Source of the DNA: Candidatus Parvarchaeota archaeon
Lineage (GTDB): Archaea; Nanobdellota; Nanobdellia; Parvarchaeales; Parvarchaeaceae
Direction: 5' to 3'
Assembly: GCA_023378865.1 (NCBI GenBank)
Contig: JAMCSP010000026.1
Span: 1-53,797 of the forward strand
DNA length: 53,797 nt
Below are positions 1-8,613 of the stretch, piece by piece. The notes below the pieces were generated by a model. That model was not told where the DNA came from. It made no database searches and saw only the letters and a list, made by a program, of their open reading frames with translations. Within the stretch, counting starts at the first letter, position 1; each line of letters opens with the position of its first letter. A program made the translations under genes and the position numbers.

Positions 1-464
1 GTTGGGCAATACTGATCATAGTCATCGTAGCTGTAATCCTGTACTCTATGGGTATTTTTAACCCTAGAGCAAGTGTAACCGCAAGTAGCAGTGGGTTCAG
101 CCCATTCGCAGCAAGCGCAGCAATATGCAGTACATCGGGCTTAAAGGTATCCTTCTCAGTAGGAGGATTACCTGATGGAGCGACTGCAGCGATATTGGAT
201 AATTTGACGTTGAGTTCCCCAAGTGGGTTTACGTCGGGTATTCCAGCGACCGTCTACAGCGCAACAGGCGTGGCGGATGGCGATGCATTCAGTTCTACCA
301 CTGTAGCATCTGGAAACAGTTTTACAGTTAACGACTCAACTGCAATTTGTTCTACAAGCGGAGTACCTTTCACTGCTAGTGGGAAATTGGACTACTCTGT
401 TACAACAGCAGCAGGCACTGCAGTGTTTACAGCAACGGGTACAATAGCAGGAACAAGCAGCTAA
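1..464 (+). CDS. Archaeal type IV pilin, copy A (5' end outside window)
   Basis: Frame is open from nt 3 (WAILIIVIVAVILYSMGIFNP...). Nt 1-127 are identical to nt 628-754 of the complete pilin downstream. Confidence 0.85.
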   Translation, partial: WAILIIVIVAVILYSMGIFNPRASVTASSSGFSPFAASAAICSTSGLKVSFSVGGLPDGATAAILDNLTLSSPSGFTSGIPATVYSATGVADGDAFSSTTVASGNSFTVNDSTAICSTSGVPFTASGKLDYSVTTAAGTAVFTATGTIAGTSS

Positions 465-500
465 AAATGATTTGATTTTTTATTTTTTCTTTTTTATTTT
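465..500 (+). terminator. Oligo-T archaeal terminator after pilin A (repeated at 1065-1096)
   Basis: T-runs directly after the stop codon in both copies. Confidence 0.6.
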
Positions 501-584
501 AAAATAATGCAAGTTATAAAAAAGAGAATATCTTGTAGGCTCTTCGAATTTTAGACTTAAATACTATCATTTTTTATTATAATT

Positions 585-1064
585 ATGGCAAAAGGACAGT
601 CAGCATTGGAATATATGATGACTTATGGTTGGGCAATACTGATCATAGTCATCGTAGCTGTAATCCTGTACTCTATGGGTATTTTTAACCCTAGAGCAAG
701 TGTAACCGCAAGTAGCAGTGGGTTCAGCCCATTCGCAGCAAGCGCAGCAATATGTAATACTACCGCAACATATGTATCCTTCTCAGTAGGAGGATTACCT
801 GATGGAGCGACCGCAGCAAGTCTGGTAAATTTGACGTTGAGTTCCCCAAGTGGGTTTTCATCAACTTCATTTCCCGTGACTGAAACATTTCCTACAGGCA
901 CAACAGTGTCATCAGGTAGTAGCTTTAAGGCTATAGTAGCGGCAACTTGCTCAACAAGCGGAGTGCCTTTCACTGCATCGGGTGCATTATATTATGGTGT
1001 TACAACAGCAGCAGGAACGGCAACTTTTAAAGCAACGGGTACAATAGCAGGAACAAGCAGCTAA
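585..1064 (+). CDS. Archaeal type IV pilin, copy B (class III signal peptide)
   Basis: MAKG/QSALEY with E at +5, then a hydrophobic helix, a Ser/Thr-rich head, two Cys and N-glycosylation sequons. Confidence 0.88.
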   Translation: MAKGQSALEYMMTYGWAILIIVIVAVILYSMGIFNPRASVTASSSGFSPFAASAAICNTTATYVSFSVGGLPDGATAASLVNLTLSSPSGFSSTSFPVTETFPTGTTVSSGSSFKAIVAATCSTSGVPFTASGALYYGVTTAAGTATFKATGTIAGTSS

Positions 1065-1210
1065 AAATGATTTGATTTTTTATTTTTTCTTTTTTTAAAT
1101 TTACTAGCAGGTTATCTTTTAATTTTAGTTATTGTTTAAAGACAAACTGCTTAAATTACTGTTAGATATAATAAATTAACGTTTTTAACCTAACCTTTAT
1201 TAGTTATTAT

Positions 1211-1714
1211 ATGAAGAAAGCAGTTTATGCCGGCAGCTTCGATCCCATAACAATAGGCCATGAATGGGTGATTGAAAAAGCTGCATCCTTATTCGATGAA
1301 TTAGTAATAGCGGTAGGGGAGAATCAGCAGAAAAAAGAGGATTTTTCACTGGAAGAAAAGAAGAAAATGCTTGCATCCGTAACAAAAAACTATAAAAACA
1401 TAAAAATAGATGCTTTCAAGGGCGAATTTCTTGTGGATTATGTCAAAAGGATAAACGCTTTGTATATAGTAAGAGGAATAAGGACCGAAACTGATTTAGA
1501 GTATGAAAAAGGGATACAATACATAAATAGCAGGTTAAACGAGAACATAACAACTATTTTTCTTATACCGCCGGAGGACCTGTCAGTAGTAAGCTCCAGT
1601 CTGGTAAGAAGCTTAGTTGGAAGCAAAGGCTGGGAAAAAGTTGTTAGAAAATTTCTTCCAAATGAGGAATGTTATAGAATATTTGTAAACCATTATTCAG
1701 GCACTAAAATTTAG
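1211..1714 (+). CDS. coaD: Phosphopantetheine adenylyltransferase, bacterial type
   Basis: AVYAGSFDPITIGH, IVRGIR, DLEYE and VSSSLVR motifs. Confidence 0.9.
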   Translation: MKKAVYAGSFDPITIGHEWVIEKAASLFDELVIAVGENQQKKEDFSLEEKKKMLASVTKNYKNIKIDAFKGEFLVDYVKRINALYIVRGIRTETDLEYEKGIQYINSRLNENITTIFLIPPEDLSVVSSSLVRSLVGSKGWEKVVRKFLPNEECYRIFVNHYSGTKI

Positions 1715-1718
1715 TCTT

Positions 1719-2399
1719 TTACTTTTTATCCGGCTTATCTTTTACTTTATACAGCAGGCTTCTTGCAAGATTGTTATTTAATTTGTTTAAGTAGTTTTCA
1801 GCTTTTTCTGATATTTTAGCATAGTTTTCATTTGAAAGTTTAAAGCTACTTTTCGCATTTACAGAGTTTCTTTTTTCTTGGTTTAGTATATCTGAATTGG
1901 AAAAATGTTCTGAAAATGTATCAATTGCTGTTTTAATATCGCTTTTATATAAAAAACTAGAGATTGCAAGAAATCCGGCAAGTGCTTCCACGTAATTCTT
2001 TGACTTTGAAATTGCATACCTGGTGGCTTCAGATTCAGGGAAGCAGTCTACTATATAACTGCCGCTGTTAATGTAAAGCAGCCTATTAAAATAATCTCTT
2101 GCGTTTTTGTTTTTATCTTTTATTTCATGGAAATGCCCTAATTCATGCCGTATTATGAATCTGCATCCCTCTCTTAGTTCACTTAATTCATCCTTTTCTG
2201 CTATAAAGTAGATTATGCGCTTGGTTTCATAAGATAGCCATATCTGGTTGTATCCTAAGGAATATGCCATGCCGTTGATATAATGCGGGAGTATATTCTT
2301 AGAGAGTTCAATGCTTTCGGTTATTCCAAGTTTTTGTGATAATAATGATTTGTATTTTTCATCATCTTTAAGGATTTTGTTCAACTTGCTGTTTTTCAT
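1719..2399 (-). CDS. Hypothetical protein with HExxH zincin-like motif
   Basis: IIRHELGHFHE followed by ESEATRYA. Confidence 0.55.
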   Translation of the reverse strand: MKNSKLNKILKDDEKYKSLLSQKLGITESIELSKNILPHYINGMAYSLGYNQIWLSYETKRIIYFIAEKDELSELREGCRFIIRHELGHFHEIKDKNKNARDYFNRLLYINSGSYIVDCFPESEATRYAISKSKNYVEALAGFLAISSFLYKSDIKTAIDTFSEHFSNSDILNQEKRNSVNAKSSFKLSNENYAKISEKAENYLNKLNNNLARSLLYKVKDKPDKK

Positions 2400-2498
2400 C
2401 TATTTTCTAGATTTTAAATGATATAAAAATGTTTATTTAGGAGTGAGCAATGGGATATAAAACAAGTATATAATGAATGGATTACTAAATGATTCTTT

Positions 2499-3590
2499 AT
2501 GAAAGGAGAAGTAATTTACAGCTATTTTTATGATTTTTCGGATGAGATAGATCTTAAGGATGTTAAGAACTATTTTAGAGGGGCAGAAGAGTTTTCATTT
2601 TATGAGTATGGGAAGGCAGTGCCAGAAGGATTAAACCCGTTTGAACTTCCAATAGTGGTAAATACGGGCAAAAAAGAGATAGGTTTTGACAGTATAAACT
2701 TACCGGTCAACATACAGTGTGTAATATACTCGGTCGGAGCCATGGCGGTAAGGGTGCGTTCTCCCATTGAAAATCTTAATATTTCTTTATTAGAAAAGAT
2801 TACATTTGACAAAAGATTTGAAAACAAATTTAAGGAACTGGCAGAGGATACAAAAGCAAGGGTAGAAAAAACTCTTTCTAAGCACATTCAGATAAAAGAA
2901 AAAAGAGTATTTGAGATGTACAGGTCTTACTTTTTAGAGCAGTGTGCAGACAGTTTTGTAGATAAAAATAAGTGGTTTATAGCAGGTATCCTGTTAGACG
3001 AACAGAATTACAAGGAGCTATCAAAAGAATATGTAGCAAATACAATAAAGAGAAGTTTGTCGTATTACGGCTGTGATTCAGTCATAGTGGACTGGGATGC
3101 GATGTTTCTGATATCGAATACAAGCAATTATGAGAATGAAATAATGGTAGCGGATACTGCAAACATACAGCTTTTGGAATACAGGGTATACCAAAATGAG
3201 GTAAACAAGATGATAGATGCCGTAAATAATCGTTTTCTGAAAATGAACAGGAACCCTTTCTACATAATATTCACAAGGAGGAATATGATAAAGTTAAGCA
3301 AGGAAATAAGCGATTTCTATGCCGAGTACAAGGATCTTGTTGAGGGTATAAACCAGATAATCATGAGTTTTGGGGAATGGTATCTTGCCAGGATTTATTC
3401 TCTTCTTTCAGATGCCTTTCGTCTTACTGACCTAGCAAAAAGATTAGAAACTACGTTTGATATGCTTGTAAATATACGTAGTTTTATACAGAGTCATGTT
3501 TCGGAGGATACCAGCTCATTTTTAGAGTGGGTTGTTATACTTTTGTTTGTAATTGAAATAATTCTTATTATAATCCCCTTCTACAAATAA
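2499..3590 (+). CDS. Conserved protein, RMD1/DUF155-like, with C-terminal TM helix
   Basis: C-terminal LEWVVILLFVIEI helix preceded by a helical region, resembling the RMD1 family. Confidence 0.5.
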   Translation: MKGEVIYSYFYDFSDEIDLKDVKNYFRGAEEFSFYEYGKAVPEGLNPFELPIVVNTGKKEIGFDSINLPVNIQCVIYSVGAMAVRVRSPIENLNISLLEKITFDKRFENKFKELAEDTKARVEKTLSKHIQIKEKRVFEMYRSYFLEQCADSFVDKNKWFIAGILLDEQNYKELSKEYVANTIKRSLSYYGCDSVIVDWDAMFLISNTSNYENEIMVADTANIQLLEYRVYQNEVNKMIDAVNNRFLKMNRNPFYIIFTRRNMIKLSKEISDFYAEYKDLVEGINQIIMSFGEWYLARIYSLLSDAFRLTDLAKRLETTFDMLVNIRSFIQSHVSEDTSSFLEWVVILLFVIEIILIIIPFYK

Positions 3591-3653
3591 AGTTATTTTA
3601 ATGCTTGGCATAAAAAGAAAGGCTTAATAAGGTGTACACTTCTTAAATAATTA

Positions 3654-4382
3654 ATGCTTACTAAGAGCAGAATTGATTTTAAGGGCGTAGTATTTGATTT
3701 TGATAACACATTAGTAGACACGAAAAAAACCATCTTGGAAGCATATACTAAGGTCTTTTCCGAAATGGCCGAAAAATTCAATGTAGACAAAGAAAGACTT
3801 ATTTCTGAAGCGGATGCTTTTCAGCAGGAAAAGATAAGAGAACTAGCAGAATCAAAGGCATCCTACAATCATGCAGACTGGATACCATTGATAGCGGAGA
3901 AAGGATCTATAAAATTAAATGAAAAAGAAAAGGAGTACTACAAACAGGTATTTTACTCTTATGTGATTGAGAACCAGAAGTTCTCAAGCGAAACAGAGGA
4001 ATTGCTCAAAGAATTGAAAAAAGATGGTAAAAAGCTGGCGCTTTTAAGTGAAAGGGACTCAATAAGCGGTTTAAAGGCCGAGAGGATAAATAAAGTTCCT
4101 TTTCACAAATATTTCGATGTTGTAGTAATAGCTGGAGAAACAATACCTTTCTCAAAAGCGAAGGACGGAGCTAAACCATTTATAGAAACCGCAAGGCTTT
4201 TGGGATTAAGCACGAAAGACATAATAATGGTTGGAGACAGGCGGGATTTAGATATACAAAATGCGAAAGAATCCGGAATGAAAGCGGTTCTGTTTACTGG
4301 CTATAATAATTCCCAGGAAAAATGCAATTATGAGCCTGACTTGGTAATAAGCGATATCTCAGAATTTGGCAGGATACTGTAA
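3654..4382 (+). CDS. HAD-superfamily hydrolase
   Basis: FDFDNTLVDT motif I and MVGDRRDLDI motif IV. Confidence 0.9.
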   Translation: MLTKSRIDFKGVVFDFDNTLVDTKKTILEAYTKVFSEMAEKFNVDKERLISEADAFQQEKIRELAESKASYNHADWIPLIAEKGSIKLNEKEKEYYKQVFYSYVIENQKFSSETEELLKELKKDGKKLALLSERDSISGLKAERINKVPFHKYFDVVVIAGETIPFSKAKDGAKPFIETARLLGLSTKDIIMVGDRRDLDIQNAKESGMKAVLFTGYNNSQEKCNYEPDLVISDISEFGRIL

Positions 4383-4430
4383 AAAAATAAAGAATGAAAT
4401 GCATTTTAAAAGCTAAAGTCTGATAGCATA

Positions 4431-5678
4431 TTAAACTGCATATGGAAACAACCGATGGAAAGAATACGCTGCTAGCAGTACTAGAATAGCGGCAAACATT
4501 ATTGCCGAAGAAGATAAGAACACTAAAAATATATTGGACCCGTAATCAAACAGTCCGTTTCCTAATATCGGTCCAAGGCCGAAGGCTATTGGCTGCAGGG
4601 TATTATAAATGCTTATGTATTTAACCCTTTTGACATCTGTGTTATTAAGCATTTCATTGAATATTGCAAGCGTAACTCCCCCTCCGAATATTCCCATAAA
4701 GACCGCCGGAATCAAAAGCAGATATACACTTTTTATGGCAAACCAGACGAATGGCATAATGCCAAGTACGATACCGGAAAGGATAATCGCACGTGCTGCG
4801 GAATATTTTAAGATGAATTTTCCCCAGTATATTTGAGTGGAGATTGTTGACAATGCTATAATCAGGAAGATGATGCTGAACCATTCATCTCCGGCATTGA
4901 GGAACCGGCTACCAACTATGTACAGCGAAAAGTAAGGCTGGCTCATCTCATAGCCTAAAAACCAGATAAAAATGAAAAGCATGAAATGTGAAAAGCGTTT
5001 TATCGTTTTTACTGTTTGATAGTTTTTTCTCTTTTCAATTGGATAATTTGGTATGCTTTTCATAACCAGAAGCGACGCCATGGAAAACACGAACCCTACT
5101 ATGAATACTATCAAAAAGCTGTAAATTTTTGCATTTTCTGTAAGGTAAAATATCATAAGTGCCAGGATGTAACCTAACAGGCCGAATATTCCCATCATGA
5201 AATTCCTAAATGAAAAATATGTTGGTCTATGCTTCTTTTTGATTAGACTTGGGACCCACAGTGTCCAGGTGGTACCTGAGAAATAAGCAAAGAAAAACCT
5301 TAATGAAAGCAATGTTATTATCAGATAAACCAGGAAGGAATAGCCCTCAAACAATGACAGCAATGCAAGCGGTATCCATATAAATCTATCCAGAAAAGTT
5401 ATCATTACAGTAAGATTCCTTATGTTTTTAGTCCTTTCGCTGTATCTGTATGCAAATAGCTGGGCTATTGGGGTTATAAGCACAGGAATTCCTGTTATCA
5501 ATCCTATTGGCGCGTTTGAACCTATAAGAAAAACAACGAATGGAACTATGTAAGGAGTGGTCATGTTTGAATATACTGACCATAAAGAGCCATCTGTTAT
5601 GGAAAGGTTCATTGCAGCCTTCTCTTTCGAACCGCTCGGTAAAAAATATTCTTTTAGTATCTTTTTAAAGTTCAGCAT
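4431..5678 (-). CDS. MFS transporter
   Basis: 415 aa with about 12 hydrophobic segments in two halves. Confidence 0.8.
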   Translation of the reverse strand: MLNFKKILKEYFLPSGSKEKAAMNLSITDGSLWSVYSNMTTPYIVPFVVFLIGSNAPIGLITGIPVLITPIAQLFAYRYSERTKNIRNLTVMITFLDRFIWIPLALLSLFEGYSFLVYLIITLLSLRFFFAYFSGTTWTLWVPSLIKKKHRPTYFSFRNFMMGIFGLLGYILALMIFYLTENAKIYSFLIVFIVGFVFSMASLLVMKSIPNYPIEKRKNYQTVKTIKRFSHFMLFIFIWFLGYEMSQPYFSLYIVGSRFLNAGDEWFSIIFLIIALSTISTQIYWGKFILKYSAARAIILSGIVLGIMPFVWFAIKSVYLLLIPAVFMGIFGGGVTLAIFNEMLNNTDVKRVKYISIYNTLQPIAFGLGPILGNGLFDYGSNIFLVFLSSSAIMFAAILVLLAAYSFHRLFPYAV

Positions 5679-5738
5679 AATAATATACTAAACAAATGGA
5701 AATAAATAGCGAAAGCAATAAATATTATGCTGTGATAT

Positions 5739-6728
5739 TTATAATTCTATTATAATTCTTCCGTCTTTTTCTTTGCTGCTATTCTCTTTAAATGCTTCCT
5801 TTGTTTCCTGAAAATTGAATTTTTTCCAGGTCTTTATCTTTAAATCTTTGGATTTATTTACCACTTCGGAAAATTGTTTAACTGAGCCACTTGTTGATCC
5901 TAGTATACTAAGCTGCTTAGAGTATAGCTGTGAAATATCTATTTTAGCATTACTCCCGGTTTCCGTTCCAAATGCAACCATTCTGCCGTTTTTACCTAAA
6001 AGCGAATAGCCTAAATCCCAGAATTTCTCTCCGATTGATTCTATAACTACGTCTGCCATATGTGAGTTAGTTATCTTTCTTACTTCTTCCAATGCATTTT
6101 CGTATCCAATTACATAATCCGCACCGAAATCCTTAACCCAATTCTTGCTTGAAATTGCAATGGTTTTTGCGCCCAGCATTTTGGCAAATTGTAGTGCAAA
6201 TACGCCTGTATTGCCGGATGCGCCAATTACGACAACAAATTCGTTTTTCTGTACTTTTGCTCTCTCCAAAGCATTGTAAGAGGTAAGTGCAGCTACAGGC
6301 AAGCTTGCGGCTAATTCAAAATTTACAGAATCCGGCAGCTTGAATGCATTCCTTCCATCAATGACAATATACTCTGCCAACCCGCCGTTCGATCCTATGC
6401 TGAATATGTATCCGTTATCACAAAGCATTTCGTTTCCACTTTTACAGTAAGAACATGTACTGTCAAAGTATCTGTTATAAATGCTTACTCTATCTCCTTT
6501 CTTTAATTCCTTTACCCCTTCACCCACTTCTTCTATTTCACCGGCAAATTCCGCACCGGGTATTTTTTCCGAATTTACAGGTATAAGATCAATAACCATA
6601 GAATCGACAGGATTCAATCCCACTGCCTTAACTTTTACAAGTACCTGCCCTGCTTTAACTTGGGGTTTTTCAACTTCCTTTAAATTTAAATTATCTATTC
6701 CGTTCTTGCTTAGAATCCAGGCTTTCAT
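5739..6728 (-). CDS. Zn-containing medium-chain alcohol dehydrogenase/oxidoreductase
   Basis: Start MKAWIL, GLNPVD, PGAEFAGEI, DxxCxxC-x7-C structural Zn loop, and GASGNTG Rossmann motif. Confidence 0.88.
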   Translation of the reverse strand: MKAWILSKNGIDNLNLKEVEKPQVKAGQVLVKVKAVGLNPVDSMVIDLIPVNSEKIPGAEFAGEIEEVGEGVKELKKGDRVSIYNRYFDSTCSYCKSGNEMLCDNGYIFSIGSNGGLAEYIVIDGRNAFKLPDSVNFELAASLPVAALTSYNALERAKVQKNEFVVVIGASGNTGVFALQFAKMLGAKTIAISSKNWVKDFGADYVIGYENALEEVRKITNSHMADVVIESIGEKFWDLGYSLLGKNGRMVAFGTETGSNAKIDISQLYSKQLSILGSTSGSVKQFSEVVNKSKDLKIKTWKKFNFQETKEAFKENSSKEKDGRIIIEL

Positions 6729-6990
6729 ATCGTATAAGATATATGTTACCATATAAAAGCTTTTCTAATTAAATCAAGAGTTTTACTGAATATGTAAAAA
6801 TCTGTAAGCGATAAAAATCTATGTCAGTTATTATCTCTTTCTATAAAACATCCAGATTCAGTATTACCGTTCTTTAATGTTATTTCCTTAATATTTTGCG
6901 AGAAGATGTACTTACATTTTGACTTGGCTTAAGATCATATAATGTCAAATCTTAGGAATATTTAATATGTAAATTTCTTATATCTATGTA

Positions 6991-7021
6991 TATACAAAAG
7001 TATAAATATAAGTATACAAAA
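6991..7021 (+). promoter_or_regulatory. TATA-like box flanked by TATACAAAA direct repeats upstream of abiEi
   Basis: TATACAAAA at 6991-6999 and 7013-7021 (22-bp period) around TATAAATA at 7001-7008. Confidence 0.4.
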
Positions 7022-7029
7022 TATATATT

Positions 7030-7704
7030 ATGAAAGCAAAGGATTTCATGCGTGTACTCAATGATAATAACCTAAAAGTGTTCACGCTTAATGATGCAGT
7101 CAAAATAATACGGAAACCATCGAATTATGTTTCATTATTTCTATCCAAAATTGACTCAATAAAGCATCTGGAGCGTGGTAAGTATTATGTAGAAGGAATA
7201 GATCCAGCTAAAATAGCATCGAATGTAATCCATCCCTCTTATATAAGCCTTGTATACGCGTTAGCATACTACAAAAGCATAACGCAGATCCCTGTAACAA
7301 TAGATATAATGGCCTTGAGACAGCACCGGCCATTGAGAATAGAGGGCTTTAGTATAAGGTTCGTAAAGTTAAAGCGTAGTAGGTTCTTCGGTTATAGAAA
7401 TGATGACGGAGTTTTCATTGCAGATCCAGAGAAGGCAATCATCGATTGTCTGGTTTTCAATGTTGATTTTTTCTATGTATCAGAAAGTTTTATCAGCATG
7501 AAGGACAGGCTGGATATGAGCAAGCTTAAAGAGTATGCTAAGATAACAGATGACCGGGCGCTGATAAACCGTTTAGGGTTTATGCTGTCAAGAAATGGCA
7601 TAAATTCAGATGATCTACTCCCATACCGCTCTAATGTGTATGTGCGTTTATCTGCAAACGCTCGCGTAAAGGATAAAAAATGGAGAGTATTGTATGCTGA
7701 CTAA
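7030..7704 (+). CDS. AbiEi-like antitoxin/transcriptional regulator (type IV TA)
   Basis: N-terminal wHTH with ERGKYY, SYISLxxALxYY and IADPEKAIID motifs; overlaps the next gene. Confidence 0.85.
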   Translation: MKAKDFMRVLNDNNLKVFTLNDAVKIIRKPSNYVSLFLSKIDSIKHLERGKYYVEGIDPAKIASNVIHPSYISLVYALAYYKSITQIPVTIDIMALRQHRPLRIEGFSIRFVKLKRSRFFGYRNDDGVFIADPEKAIIDCLVFNVDFFYVSESFISMKDRLDMSKLKEYAKITDDRALINRLGFMLSRNGINSDDLLPYRSNVYVRLSANARVKDKKWRVLYAD

Positions 7705-8455
7705 AAATGAACTTTTGGAATATAGAATCTGGCCTAATCGTTACCAGCTGGAGAAGGACTACCTACAGTATATAGTACTCGCGGAGATATTCAAGAGGTC
7801 TAAGGGAAAACTAGTCTTCAAAGGTGGGACTGCATTGCAAAAATGCTACGGGCTTGACAGATTTTCTGAGGATTTAGATTTCACCGCTGATTCTATGGAT
7901 GAAATAAAGGGGGTAGAAGAGGCATTGCAAGCCATTACAAGGCTGTATGGTGCTTCTTTCAAAAAATCTGAAAATGAAGTTTCCGTATCGTTCAACTTGA
8001 AGATAGAAGGGCCTCTTTTTGAGAAACCGCAATCGATGCAGACAATAATCATAGAGATAAGCAAAAGGGAGAAAGTATTACGTAAGCCACTGCTTATTCG
8101 ATTAATACCTAAATACCGTGACTTGGAGGCTCAATTAGTTGTAGTAATGGATAAGGATGAGATATTAGCAGAGAAGGCAAGGGCGCTTCTAACAAGAAGA
8201 AGAGCAAGAGACCTGTATGATACATACTTCTTATTGAATAAAGGGGCAAAAATAGACTTCGAGTTAATAAACAAGAAGCTCGAATATTACTCAAAAAAAT
8301 TTGATCTTTCTGTTTTAGTCAGCAGAATAAACGATTTGAAATCCGAATGGAACAAAGAACTTGGAATACTTATGGAATACCCTCCTGACTTTCAAGAGAT
8401 GGCAGAATTCGTCCTTAGATCCTTTAGAGAAGCAGAGAAAGCAGTTCGTGGATGA
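7694..8455 (+). CDS. AbiEii-family nucleotidyltransferase toxin
   Basis: LEKDY, FKGGTAL, RFSEDLDF, ILAEK and RARDLYD motifs. Confidence 0.92.
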   Translation: MLTKNELLEYRIWPNRYQLEKDYLQYIVLAEIFKRSKGKLVFKGGTALQKCYGLDRFSEDLDFTADSMDEIKGVEEALQAITRLYGASFKKSENEVSVSFNLKIEGPLFEKPQSMQTIIIEISKREKVLRKPLLIRLIPKYRDLEAQLVVVMDKDEILAEKARALLTRRRARDLYDTYFLLNKGAKIDFELINKKLEYYSKKFDLSVLVSRINDLKSEWNKELGILMEYPPDFQEMAEFVLRSFREAEKAVRG

Positions 8456-8461
8456 AATAAT

Positions 8462-8481
8462 GAGTGGTTACTATCCCACTC
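8462..8481. terminator. Small hairpin between convergent abiEii and tRNA-Glu
   Basis: GAGTGG-N8-CCACTC. Confidence 0.35.
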
Positions 8482-8486
8482 TAAAA

Positions 8487-8559
8487 TGCCCCGACCGGGA
8501 TTTGAACCCGGGTTTCCGCCTCGAAAGGGCGATGTCCTTGGCCTCTAGACTATCGGGGC
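8487..8559 (-). tRNA. tRNA-Glu(TTC)
   Basis: Reverse complement GCCCCGA...TCGCC CT TTC GA GGCGG...GGTTCAAATCC...TCGGGGCA forms a cloverleaf. Confidence 0.95.
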
Positions 8560-8613
8560 ATAGTTTATCTAAAAACTATTTAAACATTTAAAGATTGGGG
8601 CGTATAAATAAGT

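Larger units (their letters stand above)
1..1095 (+). repeat. Tandem duplication with identical blocks (offset 627 at 5' end, 600 at 3' end)
   Basis: Identical blocks: 1-127/628-754, 147-184/774-811, 201-230/828-857 and 431-495/1031-1095. The last includes the stop codon and T-rich 3' tail. Confidence 0.95.

Noticed and set aside
1-1064. Pilin repeats as a diversity-generating retroelement TR/VR pair
   Set aside because: Differences are not adenine-specific and include indels, and no reverse transcriptase is in the window.
6757-8559. Complete integrative element or provirus at tRNA-Glu
   Set aside because: No integrase, no duplicated tRNA 3' end and no viral genes were seen.
8361-8591. ORFs spanning tRNA genes (also 44007-44231 and 47478-47684)
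   Set aside because: They are translations of tRNA sequence and overlap real genes.
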